A DNA stretch of 64,000 bases, taken from contig CAWJYP010000003.1 of the NCBI GenBank assembly GCA_963847105.1, positions 558,409 to 622,408 on the forward strand, read 5' to 3'. The notes below the pieces were generated by a model. It saw only the letters and a list, made by a program, of their open reading frames with translations, was not told the DNA's origin and searched no databases. This document shows, in pieces, positions 1 to 9,600 of the stretch (positions are counted from its first letter, which is position 1; every line of letters starts with the position of its first letter). The position numbers and the translations under genes were made by a program. Origin of the DNA: an uncultured Chloroflexia bacterium. GTDB lineage: Bacteria > Chloroflexota > Anaerolineae > Anaerolineales > Villigracilaceae.

Positions 1-1
1 G

Positions 2-160
2 GCGGGCGCCATTTTGTTGAACGAAGGTCTGGCGACCGACCTGGAAAAATTAGCCGACCTTCTTCAAAAGGCCGGCATGCCGAAAGAACGTAAAAACCAG
101 ACCATCCAGGCACTAACGCCTTTCGCTGAAGTCGTTTTCTCATCCGGTATCACGGGATAA
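2..160 (+). CDS. 3' end of an unidentified CDS whose start lies upstream of the window
   Basis: The frame is open from the window edge to TAA at 158-160 (...AGMPKERKNQTIQALTPFAEVVFSSGITG*). I recognise no family. Confidence 0.3.
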   Translation, partial: AGAILLNEGLATDLEKLADLLQKAGMPKERKNQTIQALTPFAEVVFSSGITG

Positions 161-218
161 GCCTGCTTGTGAAAAATTCTGACTCGGCCCAGCGCTGATC
201 TCCGGAGAAGCCAAAAAT

Positions 219-1589
219 TTGCGCGCCTATATCCTTATTGACCTGGGCTTTGGGGATGCCGGAAAAGGCCTGCTGACCGATTATCTCGTACGCCACAGCG
301 GGGCTGGACTGGTCGTGCGCTATAACGGCGGCGCGCAGGCGGGTCATAACGTCGTGACTCCCGCAGGCCGCCAACACACTTTTTCTCAATTCGGTGCGGG
401 CACATTCAACCCGGAAGTCAGGACGATCCTATCTCGCCATGTGGTGATCCACCCATCCGCGCTGCTGGTGGAGGGGGATATTCTGCGGGATAAAGGTGTC
501 CCGGATGTTTATACCCGCTTGCGTATCAGTGATAAAGCGTTGGTCATCACGCCTTTTCACCAGGCAGCCAACCATATTCGTGAACTCCTGCGGGGAGCCG
601 ACCGGCATGGAAGCTGCGGCGTGGGGATCGGTGAAGCGGTGGAGGATGCGCTGCTTTATCCCGAAGAGAATATCCTGGCAGGAGATCTATCACATCCAGA
701 TATCCTGAGTTCGAAATTGCGGCGCATCCAGGAGCGGAAACGCGCACAATTGGTGGAATTCTGCCAGCATGAAAATGATGGATCCGGGGTGCGAAGTGAA
801 TTTGCCCTCTTCGAGGATACGAATGTCATCGAAAACTGGATATCACAAATCGAGCGGATCAGTGAACTCGGTCTGGTGGTCTCGGAATTGGCGCTGGAAG
901 AGTGGATGCGCGAATCCGGAACCATCATATTTGAAGGCGCGCAGGGTATGCTGCTGGATGCCCAAGTTGGATTCCACCCGTACACCACCTGGTCAGATTG
1001 CACCACCAGAAATGCCCATGATCTCATATCTAAAGTGGATTCCCGAGCGCAGATATGCCGGGTTGGAATCATGCGGGCATACTCGGTGCGGCACGGCCCC
1101 GGCCCGCTACCCGCCGAAACGAAGAAATTAATGCCAATAGTTACTGAACATAACCAGCCGAATGAATGGCAAGGGGATGTCCGCTACGGTTGGTTCGATG
1201 CAGTCCTGGCCCGCTATGCGCTCACGTTATGCGGTGGGATCGATGCCCTGGCGGTGACCCACATGGATGTCCTGCCGCGCCTGCAGGAGTGGATCTACTG
1301 CCCCGGCTATGGTGGGTATCCTTTCATGGATCTTCACTCATTTCAAACGGATATCACCGAAGGTCGACTGGCAAATTTCCGCCCCAATGGTCCGCTTACG
1401 CTGGAAGAACGCCGGGAAATGACTAACGCACTTTTGAGAGCTCAGCCGGTGCTGGAAAATTGCAGCACGGATGAAGGAGAAGTGATCTCAAAGATCGAGT
1501 CGCTTTTGGACAGGGCAGTGGATGTGGTATCACGGGGACCAGCTGCGACTGATGTAGAGATTCTCAATCCTCTTTCTTTGAATCAATAA
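219..1589 (+). CDS. Adenylosuccinate synthase-like protein (divergent PurA family)
   Basis: 456-aa ORF with a TTG start and GGAG at 204-207. It is collinear with PurA motifs as I recall them: GDAGKG (PurA P-loop GDEGKGK), VVRYNGGAQAGHNVV (PurA GGxNAGHT), FEGAQGMLLD and RAYSVRHGPGPLP. The PurA GATTGRRRR loop is replaced by NEWQGDVRYGW. Confidence 0.75.
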   Translation: MRAYILIDLGFGDAGKGLLTDYLVRHSGAGLVVRYNGGAQAGHNVVTPAGRQHTFSQFGAGTFNPEVRTILSRHVVIHPSALLVEGDILRDKGVPDVYTRLRISDKALVITPFHQAANHIRELLRGADRHGSCGVGIGEAVEDALLYPEENILAGDLSHPDILSSKLRRIQERKRAQLVEFCQHENDGSGVRSEFALFEDTNVIENWISQIERISELGLVVSELALEEWMRESGTIIFEGAQGMLLDAQVGFHPYTTWSDCTTRNAHDLISKVDSRAQICRVGIMRAYSVRHGPGPLPAETKKLMPIVTEHNQPNEWQGDVRYGWFDAVLARYALTLCGGIDALAVTHMDVLPRLQEWIYCPGYGGYPFMDLHSFQTDITEGRLANFRPNGPLTLEERREMTNALLRAQPVLENCSTDEGEVISKIESLLDRAVDVVSRGPAATDVEILNPLSLNQ

Positions 1590-1727
1590 ATTCTACAGGT
1601 TGCTCAGACGACTAAATTTGCCTCCCGACCAGCGGGAGACGCTCTTAATTGGAAGCGGATTTTTATTCTTATGCGATAATGATTAAGAACATCTACAGGA
1701 TGACGCGGATAAAGTTGGTAAACAGAA

Positions 1728-2381
1728 ATGGAGACCCAGAAACTTATGATCCTAAACGTTGAAGACGTCCTCAAGATTATGTTATCTGTCCTCGCAGGTG
1801 GGCTGATAGGCTTCGAACGGGAATACCGGGATAAGGCAGCTGGGTTTCGAACGTTGATTTTTATTTGTGCCGGTGCATGTTTGTTCACAATCTTATCGGC
1901 TGAACTGGCTCCAAACAATGATCCAAATCAAATCGCTGCCAATATTGTGACGGGTGTAGGTTTTCTGGGAGCGGGGGTCATCTTCCGCGAAGGAGGTAAA
2001 GTGGTTGGATTAACCACTGCAGCAACGATCTGGTTGACGGCAGCGGTTGGGATGGGTATCGGCGGAGGGGAATACCTTTTATCAGGCATCATGGTCCTGA
2101 CGGCGATGTTCGTCCTGTGGGTGCTTCCGAAGGTAGAACACCATATCGATAATCGACGAGAGGAGCGTAAATATGAAATAGTTTGCACGGCAGACATGGA
2201 TATTTACGAGGCTCTTGAAAATACTTTCCGTGAAGTCGGTTTAAGCATACAGGCCCACAGTCAGGTGAAGACAGGAAATTCCATGACCTGTTCCTGGAGT
2301 GCATCGGGTTCGCCAAAGAAACATAAGGAACTCGTGCGAAGATTATTTGATCACCCGGAAATCCAGGAACTAAAATCGTAG
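1728..2381 (+). CDS. MgtC/SapB family membrane protein
   Basis: 217 aa. The N-terminal half is hydrophobic with GGLIGFEREYRDKAAGFRTLIFICAGACLFT and VTGVGFLGAGVIFREG, which are typical of MgtC. The C-terminal domain is soluble. Confidence 0.8.
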   Translation: METQKLMILNVEDVLKIMLSVLAGGLIGFEREYRDKAAGFRTLIFICAGACLFTILSAELAPNNDPNQIAANIVTGVGFLGAGVIFREGGKVVGLTTAATIWLTAAVGMGIGGGEYLLSGIMVLTAMFVLWVLPKVEHHIDNRREERKYEIVCTADMDIYEALENTFREVGLSIQAHSQVKTGNSMTCSWSASGSPKKHKELVRRLFDHPEIQELKS

Positions 2382-2471
2382 AAAGCTTGTCAGTTGATCG
2401 ATTTTTCCGCCGAGTACTTGATAGGAATCCGTCCACGATCTCATTTCCGACCGAGCCATCACCCCTACAAA

Positions 2472-2506
2472 AAAAGACCGGGCAGTTGAACTGCAGCCGG
2501 TCTTTT
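2472..2506. terminator. Bidirectional stem-loop between convergent genes
   Basis: aaaagaccgg...ccggtctttt arms are flanked by an A-run and a T-run. The hairpin lies between the MgtC stop (2381) and the stop of the minus-strand gene at 2530. Confidence 0.5.
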
Positions 2507-2529
2507 GCATTTCCCAGTAATGGTTATTG

Positions 2530-2874
2530 CTAGATATTGGGAGTTGTTTCTGGCGCCACCAGCCAGTCTTTCCCATTCTGCGCCAAAACGAGTCGAAAAC
2601 TGTGATATTTATATCCGGCTTGAAGGAATACCTGCTCCTGGCGATCGGTGGACAATCCCAAAATCGGACACTCAGGTCCGAAACGGACATGCACATCCCA
2701 GGTTTTTCCACCGTCCTCGGAAACATGGACTTCACCGTCAGAAGTTCCCCGGTAGATTTTCCCTCTGGCAACGGTATGGACCGGGAATTTTAGAAAAGCC
2801 TTGAAAGGGCTTGAAACCAGGAATAAGGATGACGATGCCAGACCGGTTATTTTCAAAAAATCGCGACGGTCCAT
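2530..2874 (-). CDS. Small Tat-signal secreted protein with a BNR/Asp-box-like motif
   Basis: ATG at 2874 follows AAGGAG. The N-terminus MDRRDFLKITGLASSSLFL is a twin-arginine signal. A SEDGGKTW Asp-box is present. About 114 aa. Confidence 0.6.
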   Translation of the reverse strand: MDRRDFLKITGLASSSLFLVSSPFKAFLKFPVHTVARGKIYRGTSDGEVHVSEDGGKTWDVHVRFGPECPILGLSTDRQEQVFLQAGYKYHSFRLVLAQNGKDWLVAPETTPNI

Positions 2875-3168
2875 GGAAGACTCCTTAATGACCAAAAGCA
2901 GATTGATGTACCCATGAATATAGTAGCGCGTAAAAAACCATTTGTCCAGTCCAAATTGCTCTTCTAATGAAATTGATATGTTTGGTGGAGAAGGAGTTTT
3001 TGATGCGGCGTTGGATCGAAGGGGCTGGCGAGGTGATGCGTGTGGTTGTTGAAAGAAATAGCAAGGATATTAATATGCAATCTACCTGATATGGAAAAAA
3101 ATTCAGTGTATTATGATAGTGTTCACTGTATATTGCTCTCAAATTATTTATATCTATATTGCAGCAAC

Positions 3169-3654
3169 ATGACACAGATCACCCTTCGGACTGCCCAACC
3201 GGAAGATAGCCCTTTCTATTTGCGCGTCTATGCCGGCACGCGGACAGAAGAAATGGACCGCGTTGATTGGACCTCGGAGCAGAAGGAAGCCTTCCTGTTG
3301 ATGCAATTCACTGCCCAGACGGAGCATTATCACCTTTATTATCCGCAGGCGGAATATCAGGTTATTCAGCAGGACGGAGATCCGATCGGGCGGCTGATCG
3401 TGGAACGCTCGAAAGATCAGTTATTAATCATGGATATTGCTTTACTGCCCGAATATCGTCATGCCGGTGTCGGTACTGCACTCATCCAGGATCTTATGAA
3501 AGAAGCGGCGCAATCGGAAGTGCCGCTTGTCCTGCGGGTCGAGTTTTTCAACCCGGTCATTCGGCTGTATACCCGGCTTGGTTTTGTCAAGACGCGTGAA
3601 GTGAACAGTGTGTACCAGGAGATGGTCTGGACACCAAGCGTAAACCCTTCTTAA
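3169..3654 (+). CDS. GNAT family N-acetyltransferase
   Basis: I chose the internal ATG at 3169 (MTQITLRTAQPED...). The acetyl-CoA binding region is LLPEYRHAGVGTALIQDLM. The upstream part of the 204-aa ORF is AT-rich and not protein-like. Confidence 0.8.
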   Translation: MTQITLRTAQPEDSPFYLRVYAGTRTEEMDRVDWTSEQKEAFLLMQFTAQTEHYHLYYPQAEYQVIQQDGDPIGRLIVERSKDQLLIMDIALLPEYRHAGVGTALIQDLMKEAAQSEVPLVLRVEFFNPVIRLYTRLGFVKTREVNSVYQEMVWTPSVNPS

Positions 3655-3693
3655 TAGATTCGGTAGACTAATACTATATTAGAGAGAGAAAGA

Positions 3694-3996
3694 ATGGATC
3701 TCGGACAACTTAAGCCGGAAATGATGGTAGAGCACGTGGGCAGCGAATTCGAGGTAATGGATGATCCGGCGAATAAGTTTTCGGTTAAATTCACAGAGAT
3801 AGTTGAACACAGTAAGACGGAACACAATCGAGCGTTCTCCCTGTTTTTTCACGGCCCATTGGACCGGTTCATGCAGCAGGGAATATATACGCTCAAGCAT
3901 CCGAGATTAGGAAAGCTCGAGATTTTTTTAGTTCCTGTGGCAAAAGATAATGACGGATTCCAGTATGAAGCGGCGTTTAATCATATCCTTCCGTAA
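3694..3996 (+). CDS. Hypothetical 100-aa protein leading the tail-collar gene cluster
   Basis: Clean ORF with GAGAGAGAAAGA upstream. It is co-directional with and 79 nt upstream of the first tail-collar gene. I cannot name a family. Confidence 0.55.
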   Translation: MDLGQLKPEMMVEHVGSEFEVMDDPANKFSVKFTEIVEHSKTEHNRAFSLFFHGPLDRFMQQGIYTLKHPRLGKLEIFLVPVAKDNDGFQYEAAFNHILP

Positions 3997-4075
3997 TCTT
4001 GCTTATCAGGAATAGGCTGGTGAAATCACAGTCTTTGCACCAGCTCGCTGCAATCATTATCGAGGAGAATGAAGT

Positions 4076-4585
4076 ATGGCAGAACCATTCTTAAGCGAAA
4101 TCAGGATCATGTCATTTTCCTTCCCGCCGAAAGGCTGGGCGCTCTGCGATGGACAGTTGCTGCCCATCAACCAGAACCAGGCGCTTTTTTCGCTGCTGGG
4201 TACTACTTTTGGCGGCGATGGGCGCGTTAATTTTGCTCTGCCCGACCTGCGAGGCAGAACTCCGCTCCACGTTGGCAGCGGGCACACGCTGGGTGAACGC
4301 GGCGGCGAGCAGGCCCACACGGCCTCGATTGCCGAAGTGTCTGAGCATGTCCATGTAGCGAATGCGACCTCAGCGCTGGCGACGACTAGCACACCGGGGA
4401 ACACGCTATTGCTGGCCCAGTCAAAAGGAGCGAATCTTTATGGCTCGGCAAGCTCGAATCTGGGAGCGATGTCCCCGGCCGCGATCGGTAATACTGGCGG
4501 CAGCCAGGCGCACCTCAATATGCAGCCCTTCCTGACATTGAGTTTTTGTATCGCACTGCAGGGCATCTTCCCCAGCCCGACCTAG
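4076..4585 (+). CDS. Phage tail collar domain protein (MdpB-like), paralog 1
   Basis: 169 aa. N-terminal motif: PFLSEIRIMSFSFPPKGWALCDGQLLPINQNQALFSLLGTTFGGDGRVNFALPDLRGR. C-terminal motif: QAHLNMQPFLTLSFCIALQGIFPS. GAGGAG lies upstream. Confidence 0.85.
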   Translation: MAEPFLSEIRIMSFSFPPKGWALCDGQLLPINQNQALFSLLGTTFGGDGRVNFALPDLRGRTPLHVGSGHTLGERGGEQAHTASIAEVSEHVHVANATSALATTSTPGNTLLLAQSKGANLYGSASSNLGAMSPAAIGNTGGSQAHLNMQPFLTLSFCIALQGIFPSPT

Positions 4586-4595
4586 AGGAGAAAAA

Positions 4596-5108
4596 ATGGC
4601 ACAGCCTTATGTTGGTGAAATACGAATGTTTGCCGGGAACTTTGCCCCCGCTGGCTGGATGTTTTGCGAAGGGCAGTATCTCCCGATTTCCGAAAACGAA
4701 ACATTATTCCAGTTGATCGGCACAACCTACGGCGGCGACGGCGAAAGCACCTTTCGACTGCCAGACCTGCGCGGACGCATCCCGATCCATCAGGGCAATG
4801 GCTTTATCCTGGCCGAAACCGGCGGCGCGGAGGAGATCACGCTGACGATAAACCAGATGCCTGCACACAGCCACGCACTACTGGCGACGACAAATCCCGC
4901 CTTGACAACATCGCCTGGCAATGCCGTTACACTGGGATTATCCGCTGCATCAGTAATTACCCCCTATGGATTGGACAACCCCTCGGTCTCGCTTAGTCCC
5001 ACCATGGTCAGCCCGGTGGGAGGCAACCAGCCCCATACCAATTTCCAGCCATATTTGTGCGTTGATTTCATTATTTCACTATTCGGTATTTTCCCATCCC
5101 CGACATAA
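4596..5108 (+). CDS. Phage tail collar domain protein (MdpB-like), paralog 2
   Basis: 170 aa with the same architecture (GEIRMFAGNFAPAGWMFCEGQYLPISENETLFQLIGTTYGGDG...LPDLRGR...MPAHSH...QPHTNFQPYL). It starts 10 nt after paralog 1. Confidence 0.85.
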   Translation: MAQPYVGEIRMFAGNFAPAGWMFCEGQYLPISENETLFQLIGTTYGGDGESTFRLPDLRGRIPIHQGNGFILAETGGAEEITLTINQMPAHSHALLATTNPALTTSPGNAVTLGLSAASVITPYGLDNPSVSLSPTMVSPVGGNQPHTNFQPYLCVDFIISLFGIFPSPT

Positions 5109-5196
5109 AGAAAAATTCTACTCATCTATGTGGAGAAAAAGACGTAATAAGTAGTGCGACTGAAGAATGCAGACAACAATATTTTAGGAGAGAGAC

Positions 5197-5718
5197 ATGG
5201 CTGACCCATTTGTGGCTGAAATTCGTATATTCCCCTTTAACTTTGCGCCGAAAGGCTGGGCGTGGTGTGATGGCCAGTTGCTGCCGCTTTCGCAAAATAC
5301 GGCCCTGTTTTCGCTTTTAGGAACAACGTATGGGGGCAACGGAAAATCCAATTTCGCCCTGCCTAACCTGCAGGGCCGGGCGCCCATGCATCCAGGACAG
5401 GGACCAGGGCTTTCGCTGCATGACCTGGGAGAGACCGGCGGGTCTGAGACGGTTTCATTGCTTGAATCCGAGATCCCTGCGCATTCGCATGGCACGAGCG
5501 TTTCGGCCGCAGACGGTACCGACCAAAGCCCAGTTGGAGTGAAATTAGCCACCGGTATGGGCGGAATATCACAGTATGCAGTGCCGGGCGCGCTGACACA
5601 ACTTAGCCTGAACAGCCTGACACCTGCAGGCGGTGACCAGCCGCATAATAACATGCAGCCATACCTGACCTTCTATTTCTGCATCGCGCTGCAGGGTGTT
5701 TTCCCGCCGCGCACGTGA
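5197..5718 (+). CDS. Phage tail collar domain protein (MdpB-like), paralog 3
   Basis: 173 aa with the same architecture (AEIRIFPFNFAPKGWAWCDGQLLPLSQNTALFSLLGTTYGGNG...IPAHSH...QPHNNMQPYLTFYFCIALQGVFP). GGAGAGAG lies upstream. Confidence 0.85.
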   Translation: MADPFVAEIRIFPFNFAPKGWAWCDGQLLPLSQNTALFSLLGTTYGGNGKSNFALPNLQGRAPMHPGQGPGLSLHDLGETGGSETVSLLESEIPAHSHGTSVSAADGTDQSPVGVKLATGMGGISQYAVPGALTQLSLNSLTPAGGDQPHNNMQPYLTFYFCIALQGVFPPRT

Positions 5719-5838
5719 AAAAGAGTTGATTTTCCAGGGTCAATCAACGAATCGGGCGACCCGAAGCATCCGCCGGACGGGTGACCGCCCGAGTGAGTCG
5801 AAACAGAAACCGAACACACAGATACACAGGAGCGATCC

Positions 5839-8800
5839 ATGCCATCATCCAAGCGACCTAATAAATCGGAACAATTCATGACCCGACACGCGATCAGCGC
5901 CTGGCGAGTATCTGTTTTCCTCATTCTTGCTCTTATGGCTGTGCTTGCCACGTATACGATTGTACGCGCGGCTGTCGACATTGCGCCGACGAAGACGGAT
6001 TTCATCATCAATGATGACGGTGATGGGAAAGCCGACCCGGGTGAGACCATTGAATATACGGTGGTCATTCCGAATAACGGGCCAACGGATGCGACAGGCG
6101 TCACCTTCAATGACATCATTGATTTGAATACCACTTTTGTGGATGGATCACTTAATGTTTCTCCTCTGGCTGGCGACGACAGTTATCAGACCATCGGCAA
6201 CACTATGTTGGCAGTCGGCGTGACGCCCTCCACTGATACTCCCGCAGTCATTGTTATAAACCCGGCTACCGACAGCCTGTTCGACAATGACACCGAGTTT
6301 CTCGGCGATACTTTTACGCTCAAGTCCGTCGAAGCAGATACTACGGCACCGTTCACGACCGCCACCGAACAAGGCGGATCGGTAACAGTAGAGACAGATG
6401 GCAATTTTTCTTACACTCCCCCGGCCGGTTTCAGCGGGGCCGACCACTTTGATTACATGCTTACCGACGACGAGCTGACCGGCGCAGGCCGGGTGACCAT
6501 TAACGTCACGACCGAGCGGGTCTGGTATGTCAAGAATAACGCCGCCCCGGGCGGCCTGGGCCGCTCGAACGACCCGTTCGATACCTTGCTTGAGGCACAG
6601 ACGGCTTCTTCGGTCAACGATACCATCTATGTCTTCACTGGCAGCGGCACGACCGGTCAAAATACGGGCATCATCCTCAAGAACGGACAGCGCCTGCTGG
6701 GTGAAGGCGTGGACCTGACCGTCCCGGTCAGTGTCAACGGTGGCCCGAATCCGACCAACTTACGCACAGCGGGCACGAGGCCAACTATCGGTAATACTAC
6801 CGGCGATGGAGTTATGGTCTCCACGGTAAGCATCGGCGGCAGCTTTAGTGGCGTAGAGATCCGCGGCCTGGATATTTCGGTCAGTGGCGCGGGCACGAAT
6901 GCCGTCGATGTGACTACAAACAGCACGTTCAGCGGCAGCTTCGAGCTGGCTGACAACGTGATCGGCGCGGCGGGCGTGGAGGGTGTTGATGTGAACGGCG
7001 GCGGCAGCGGTACGCTGACCATCAGCCTGCATGACAACACAGTTACAGCCACCGGCAATGGTATCGATATCGTGCGCTCAACCGCGGTGGGTAGCGTCTA
7101 TATTATCGCATTTGATGATAACGTGGTGACAGGCGCGACCGGCGGGATTGGGATTAATGTCACCGGCTCTGGCTGGCCGGTTCAGTTCGATTCGAATACC
7201 GGTACGGCAGCCTATGACACTGTTTCAGGTGGCACGATGGTCATCGGATCGTCGGGCGCGGGCAATGGCGTCGGGAACAATGGCATGGTCTTAAGTCCCA
7301 TAAGAGGTGACTTGAGTTTTACCGACCTCGATATCTATTCGGATAATGGAGCTGCACTCACCATAACAGGCACAAGCTCCGATTTCCTGGCTTCAGGCAC
7401 AGGTACACGCCTCACGGTGAATACGGGCACACCCTCACTGGTAGCGGTCAATGGCCCGGCGCTTAGCACCAACCTGACGAATATTAATATCGTTCCATCC
7501 ACGTTTAGCAGTACCAACAGCACAAGCACCGGTGTCTCACTCATTGAGACCAGTGGTACCTTCACCGCTCCAACCGGCAGTTCCATTACCAACGCCACAG
7601 GCGTTGACTTCTTTGTCAATGGAAATTCCATTTCCGCCGCGACGGTTTCCGTGACGTATCCGGGGACGATCACAGACACAAGCGGCAGGCTCGTCTACAT
7701 CCAAAACGTGACCGGCGCCAGCCCGACGTACGCGTTCTCCGGCGCAATCTCCGGTAGCGGCAGCACCAGTACTGGTGTGTTGCTGGATAACAACGATGGC
7801 GCCACTATCCGTTTCTCGGGCGGACTGGCACTCTCAACGGGCAGCAATACCGCCTTTAGCGCCATCAATGGCGCAGCCGCGGTTGAAGTCTGCGACGAAA
7901 ATCCCTGCAACCCGGCGGCAACCGGCGCCCTGGTCAACACACTGACGAGCACAACCGGTACGGCGCTCAATGTTGCCAATTCGACCATCGGGGTAAACAA
8001 TCTGGAATTCAAAAGCATCGCCGCCAATGGCGCAGCGAACGGCATTTTACTGAATGTCACCGGATCAACCGGTGGCCTGGTTGTCAAGGGTGATAGCGGC
8101 AGCAGTAACAACAGTTCAGGCGGAACAATCCAGAGTTCAACCGGCGATGGTATCTCGCTTACCAGCACCCGCAATGTTTCACTGGATCAAATGAATATTC
8201 AAAGCACCGGCGGCAGTGGAATAAACGGGACTGGTGTCACAAATTTCGCTTTCACTAACGGCACCATCGCCAACGCCGGAAATGCCAGCTTTAAGTCGGC
8301 CATTGGATTCAACGGCGGAGCCGTGAGCCCGGGTTTTGGCAACAATATAAACGGGACGCTGACTGTTACAGGTAACACCTTCACCAACCCGTTTTACAGC
8401 GCAGTCGAAATCCAATCCGATAATGGCACTGTGACCGTCGCCGATATCTCGAACAACACGATCACCAACCCGGGTTTCGGTGGCATCAATCTGGTTGGGA
8501 TCGGCAATGTGACAACTTCCTTCAACCTCAACAGGGCGACGATCAACCAAAACAACATCACAAGCGCCGGGGGAACCGGAATCCAGGTTTCCATTGGCAA
8601 CTCAAACACATACGGACCCGGAGCTACAGCAGGCAGCCTGGCGACGGGCTCGGACATCATTTCGATCACCAACAATTCGATTTCGATTGACCCGACAGGC
8701 GCAAATGCGATCATTGTCGCAAACAGCGGCGGCAACAATGCCAGCCGAACCAAGACGAATTTCCTGATCCAGTGTAACGGCAAGAACTCTGGCGGATGCT

Positions 8801-9600
8801 CTGCTCCGACAGCCAATCCCATCACTGGCAGCAGCATCGGTACGGATATCCTGATAGGCAATAATGGCTACGCTACCATGGTTGGGACTGTTGACAATAA
8901 TAGTATCGACGCCAATCATACGGTCGGCGGCGGTGCGGGCAACGGCATCGGCGGCGGCAACGGCGTGGCGGGAGCCGGTAATGCGTGGACGCCGGACCTG
9001 ACCTTGACCGTTACCAATAACACCATCACTGATACCGACGGAAACGGAATTCTGCTGGTAGGACGCGGCACGTCCGGAATCGCCCGGTATGGTATTCGCA
9101 ACAATACCGTAGCCGCTCCGCTTAGCGGTGTGCGCCCCGGTATCCGCGTAGATGCAGGCAATGCCTCATCGGCGGATGATTCTATTTGTCTCGACATCTC
9201 GGGTAATACCACTGCAGGAAGCGGCGGGCATGAGGGCATTGGCCTGCGCAAGCAAGGCACGAGCTCGACCGTGAACGATTTTGGCATTGAGGGCATGTCG
9301 GCAACGACCACCCCTGGCATCGAGACTTATGTTGGCAACACAGGCCTAAACCCGGGCTCGGCTAGTGGATCTTTTGGTGTCAGCGGAGTTCTGCTTATCT
9401 CTGCCACCAGTGGGTTTTCAAATTGCTCAACGACGGCAATGGCGCCAGACAATAACCAAACCCTGGCACAGGTCCAATCGGAACCCAACCCGGTTGTTCT
9501 TGCCGAATCCGCTCCTGTATCTGAGATCGACAAGAGCGTCAACGCCACAACGAGTGTCAATCAGATTCTCCAGGCAGGCCTCATGGATAGAGAAGAATGA
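5839..9600 (+). CDS. Giant membrane-anchored surface protein with a DUF11-like module, an Ig/cadherin-like module and a long right-handed beta-helix repeat region
   Basis: 1253 aa, with AGGAG 6 nt upstream of the ATG. N-terminal anchor: AISAWRVSVFLILALMAVLATYTIV. It also has ADPGETIEYTVVIPNNGPTDATGVTFND and GNFSYTPPAGFSGADHFDYMLTD. A Gly/Thr/Asn/Ser-rich body follows, with periodic NNTITNPGFGGINLVG, NNITSAGGTGIQVS, NNSISIDPTGANAIIVAN and NNTITDTDGNGILLVG. Confidence 0.8.
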   Translation: MPSSKRPNKSEQFMTRHAISAWRVSVFLILALMAVLATYTIVRAAVDIAPTKTDFIINDDGDGKADPGETIEYTVVIPNNGPTDATGVTFNDIIDLNTTFVDGSLNVSPLAGDDSYQTIGNTMLAVGVTPSTDTPAVIVINPATDSLFDNDTEFLGDTFTLKSVEADTTAPFTTATEQGGSVTVETDGNFSYTPPAGFSGADHFDYMLTDDELTGAGRVTINVTTERVWYVKNNAAPGGLGRSNDPFDTLLEAQTASSVNDTIYVFTGSGTTGQNTGIILKNGQRLLGEGVDLTVPVSVNGGPNPTNLRTAGTRPTIGNTTGDGVMVSTVSIGGSFSGVEIRGLDISVSGAGTNAVDVTTNSTFSGSFELADNVIGAAGVEGVDVNGGGSGTLTISLHDNTVTATGNGIDIVRSTAVGSVYIIAFDDNVVTGATGGIGINVTGSGWPVQFDSNTGTAAYDTVSGGTMVIGSSGAGNGVGNNGMVLSPIRGDLSFTDLDIYSDNGAALTITGTSSDFLASGTGTRLTVNTGTPSLVAVNGPALSTNLTNINIVPSTFSSTNSTSTGVSLIETSGTFTAPTGSSITNATGVDFFVNGNSISAATVSVTYPGTITDTSGRLVYIQNVTGASPTYAFSGAISGSGSTSTGVLLDNNDGATIRFSGGLALSTGSNTAFSAINGAAAVEVCDENPCNPAATGALVNTLTSTTGTALNVANSTIGVNNLEFKSIAANGAANGILLNVTGSTGGLVVKGDSGSSNNSSGGTIQSSTGDGISLTSTRNVSLDQMNIQSTGGSGINGTGVTNFAFTNGTIANAGNASFKSAIGFNGGAVSPGFGNNINGTLTVTGNTFTNPFYSAVEIQSDNGTVTVADISNNTITNPGFGGINLVGIGNVTTSFNLNRATINQNNITSAGGTGIQVSIGNSNTYGPGATAGSLATGSDIISITNNSISIDPTGANAIIVANSGGNNASRTKTNFLIQCNGKNSGGCSAPTANPITGSSIGTDILIGNNGYATMVGTVDNNSIDANHTVGGGAGNGIGGGNGVAGAGNAWTPDLTLTVTNNTITDTDGNGILLVGRGTSGIARYGIRNNTVAAPLSGVRPGIRVDAGNASSADDSICLDISGNTTAGSGGHEGIGLRKQGTSSTVNDFGIEGMSATTTPGIETYVGNTGLNPGSASGSFGVSGVLLISATSGFSNCSTTAMAPDNNQTLAQVQSEPNPVVLAESAPVSEIDKSVNATTSVNQILQAGLMDREE

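Noticed and set aside
4076-5718. The tail-collar genes as a sign of a prophage or tailocin.
   Set aside because: No capsid, terminase, portal, tube, sheath, baseplate, lysis or integrase genes, and no att-like repeats, are present in the surrounding 20 kb. I treat the cluster as a chromosomal paralog family instead.
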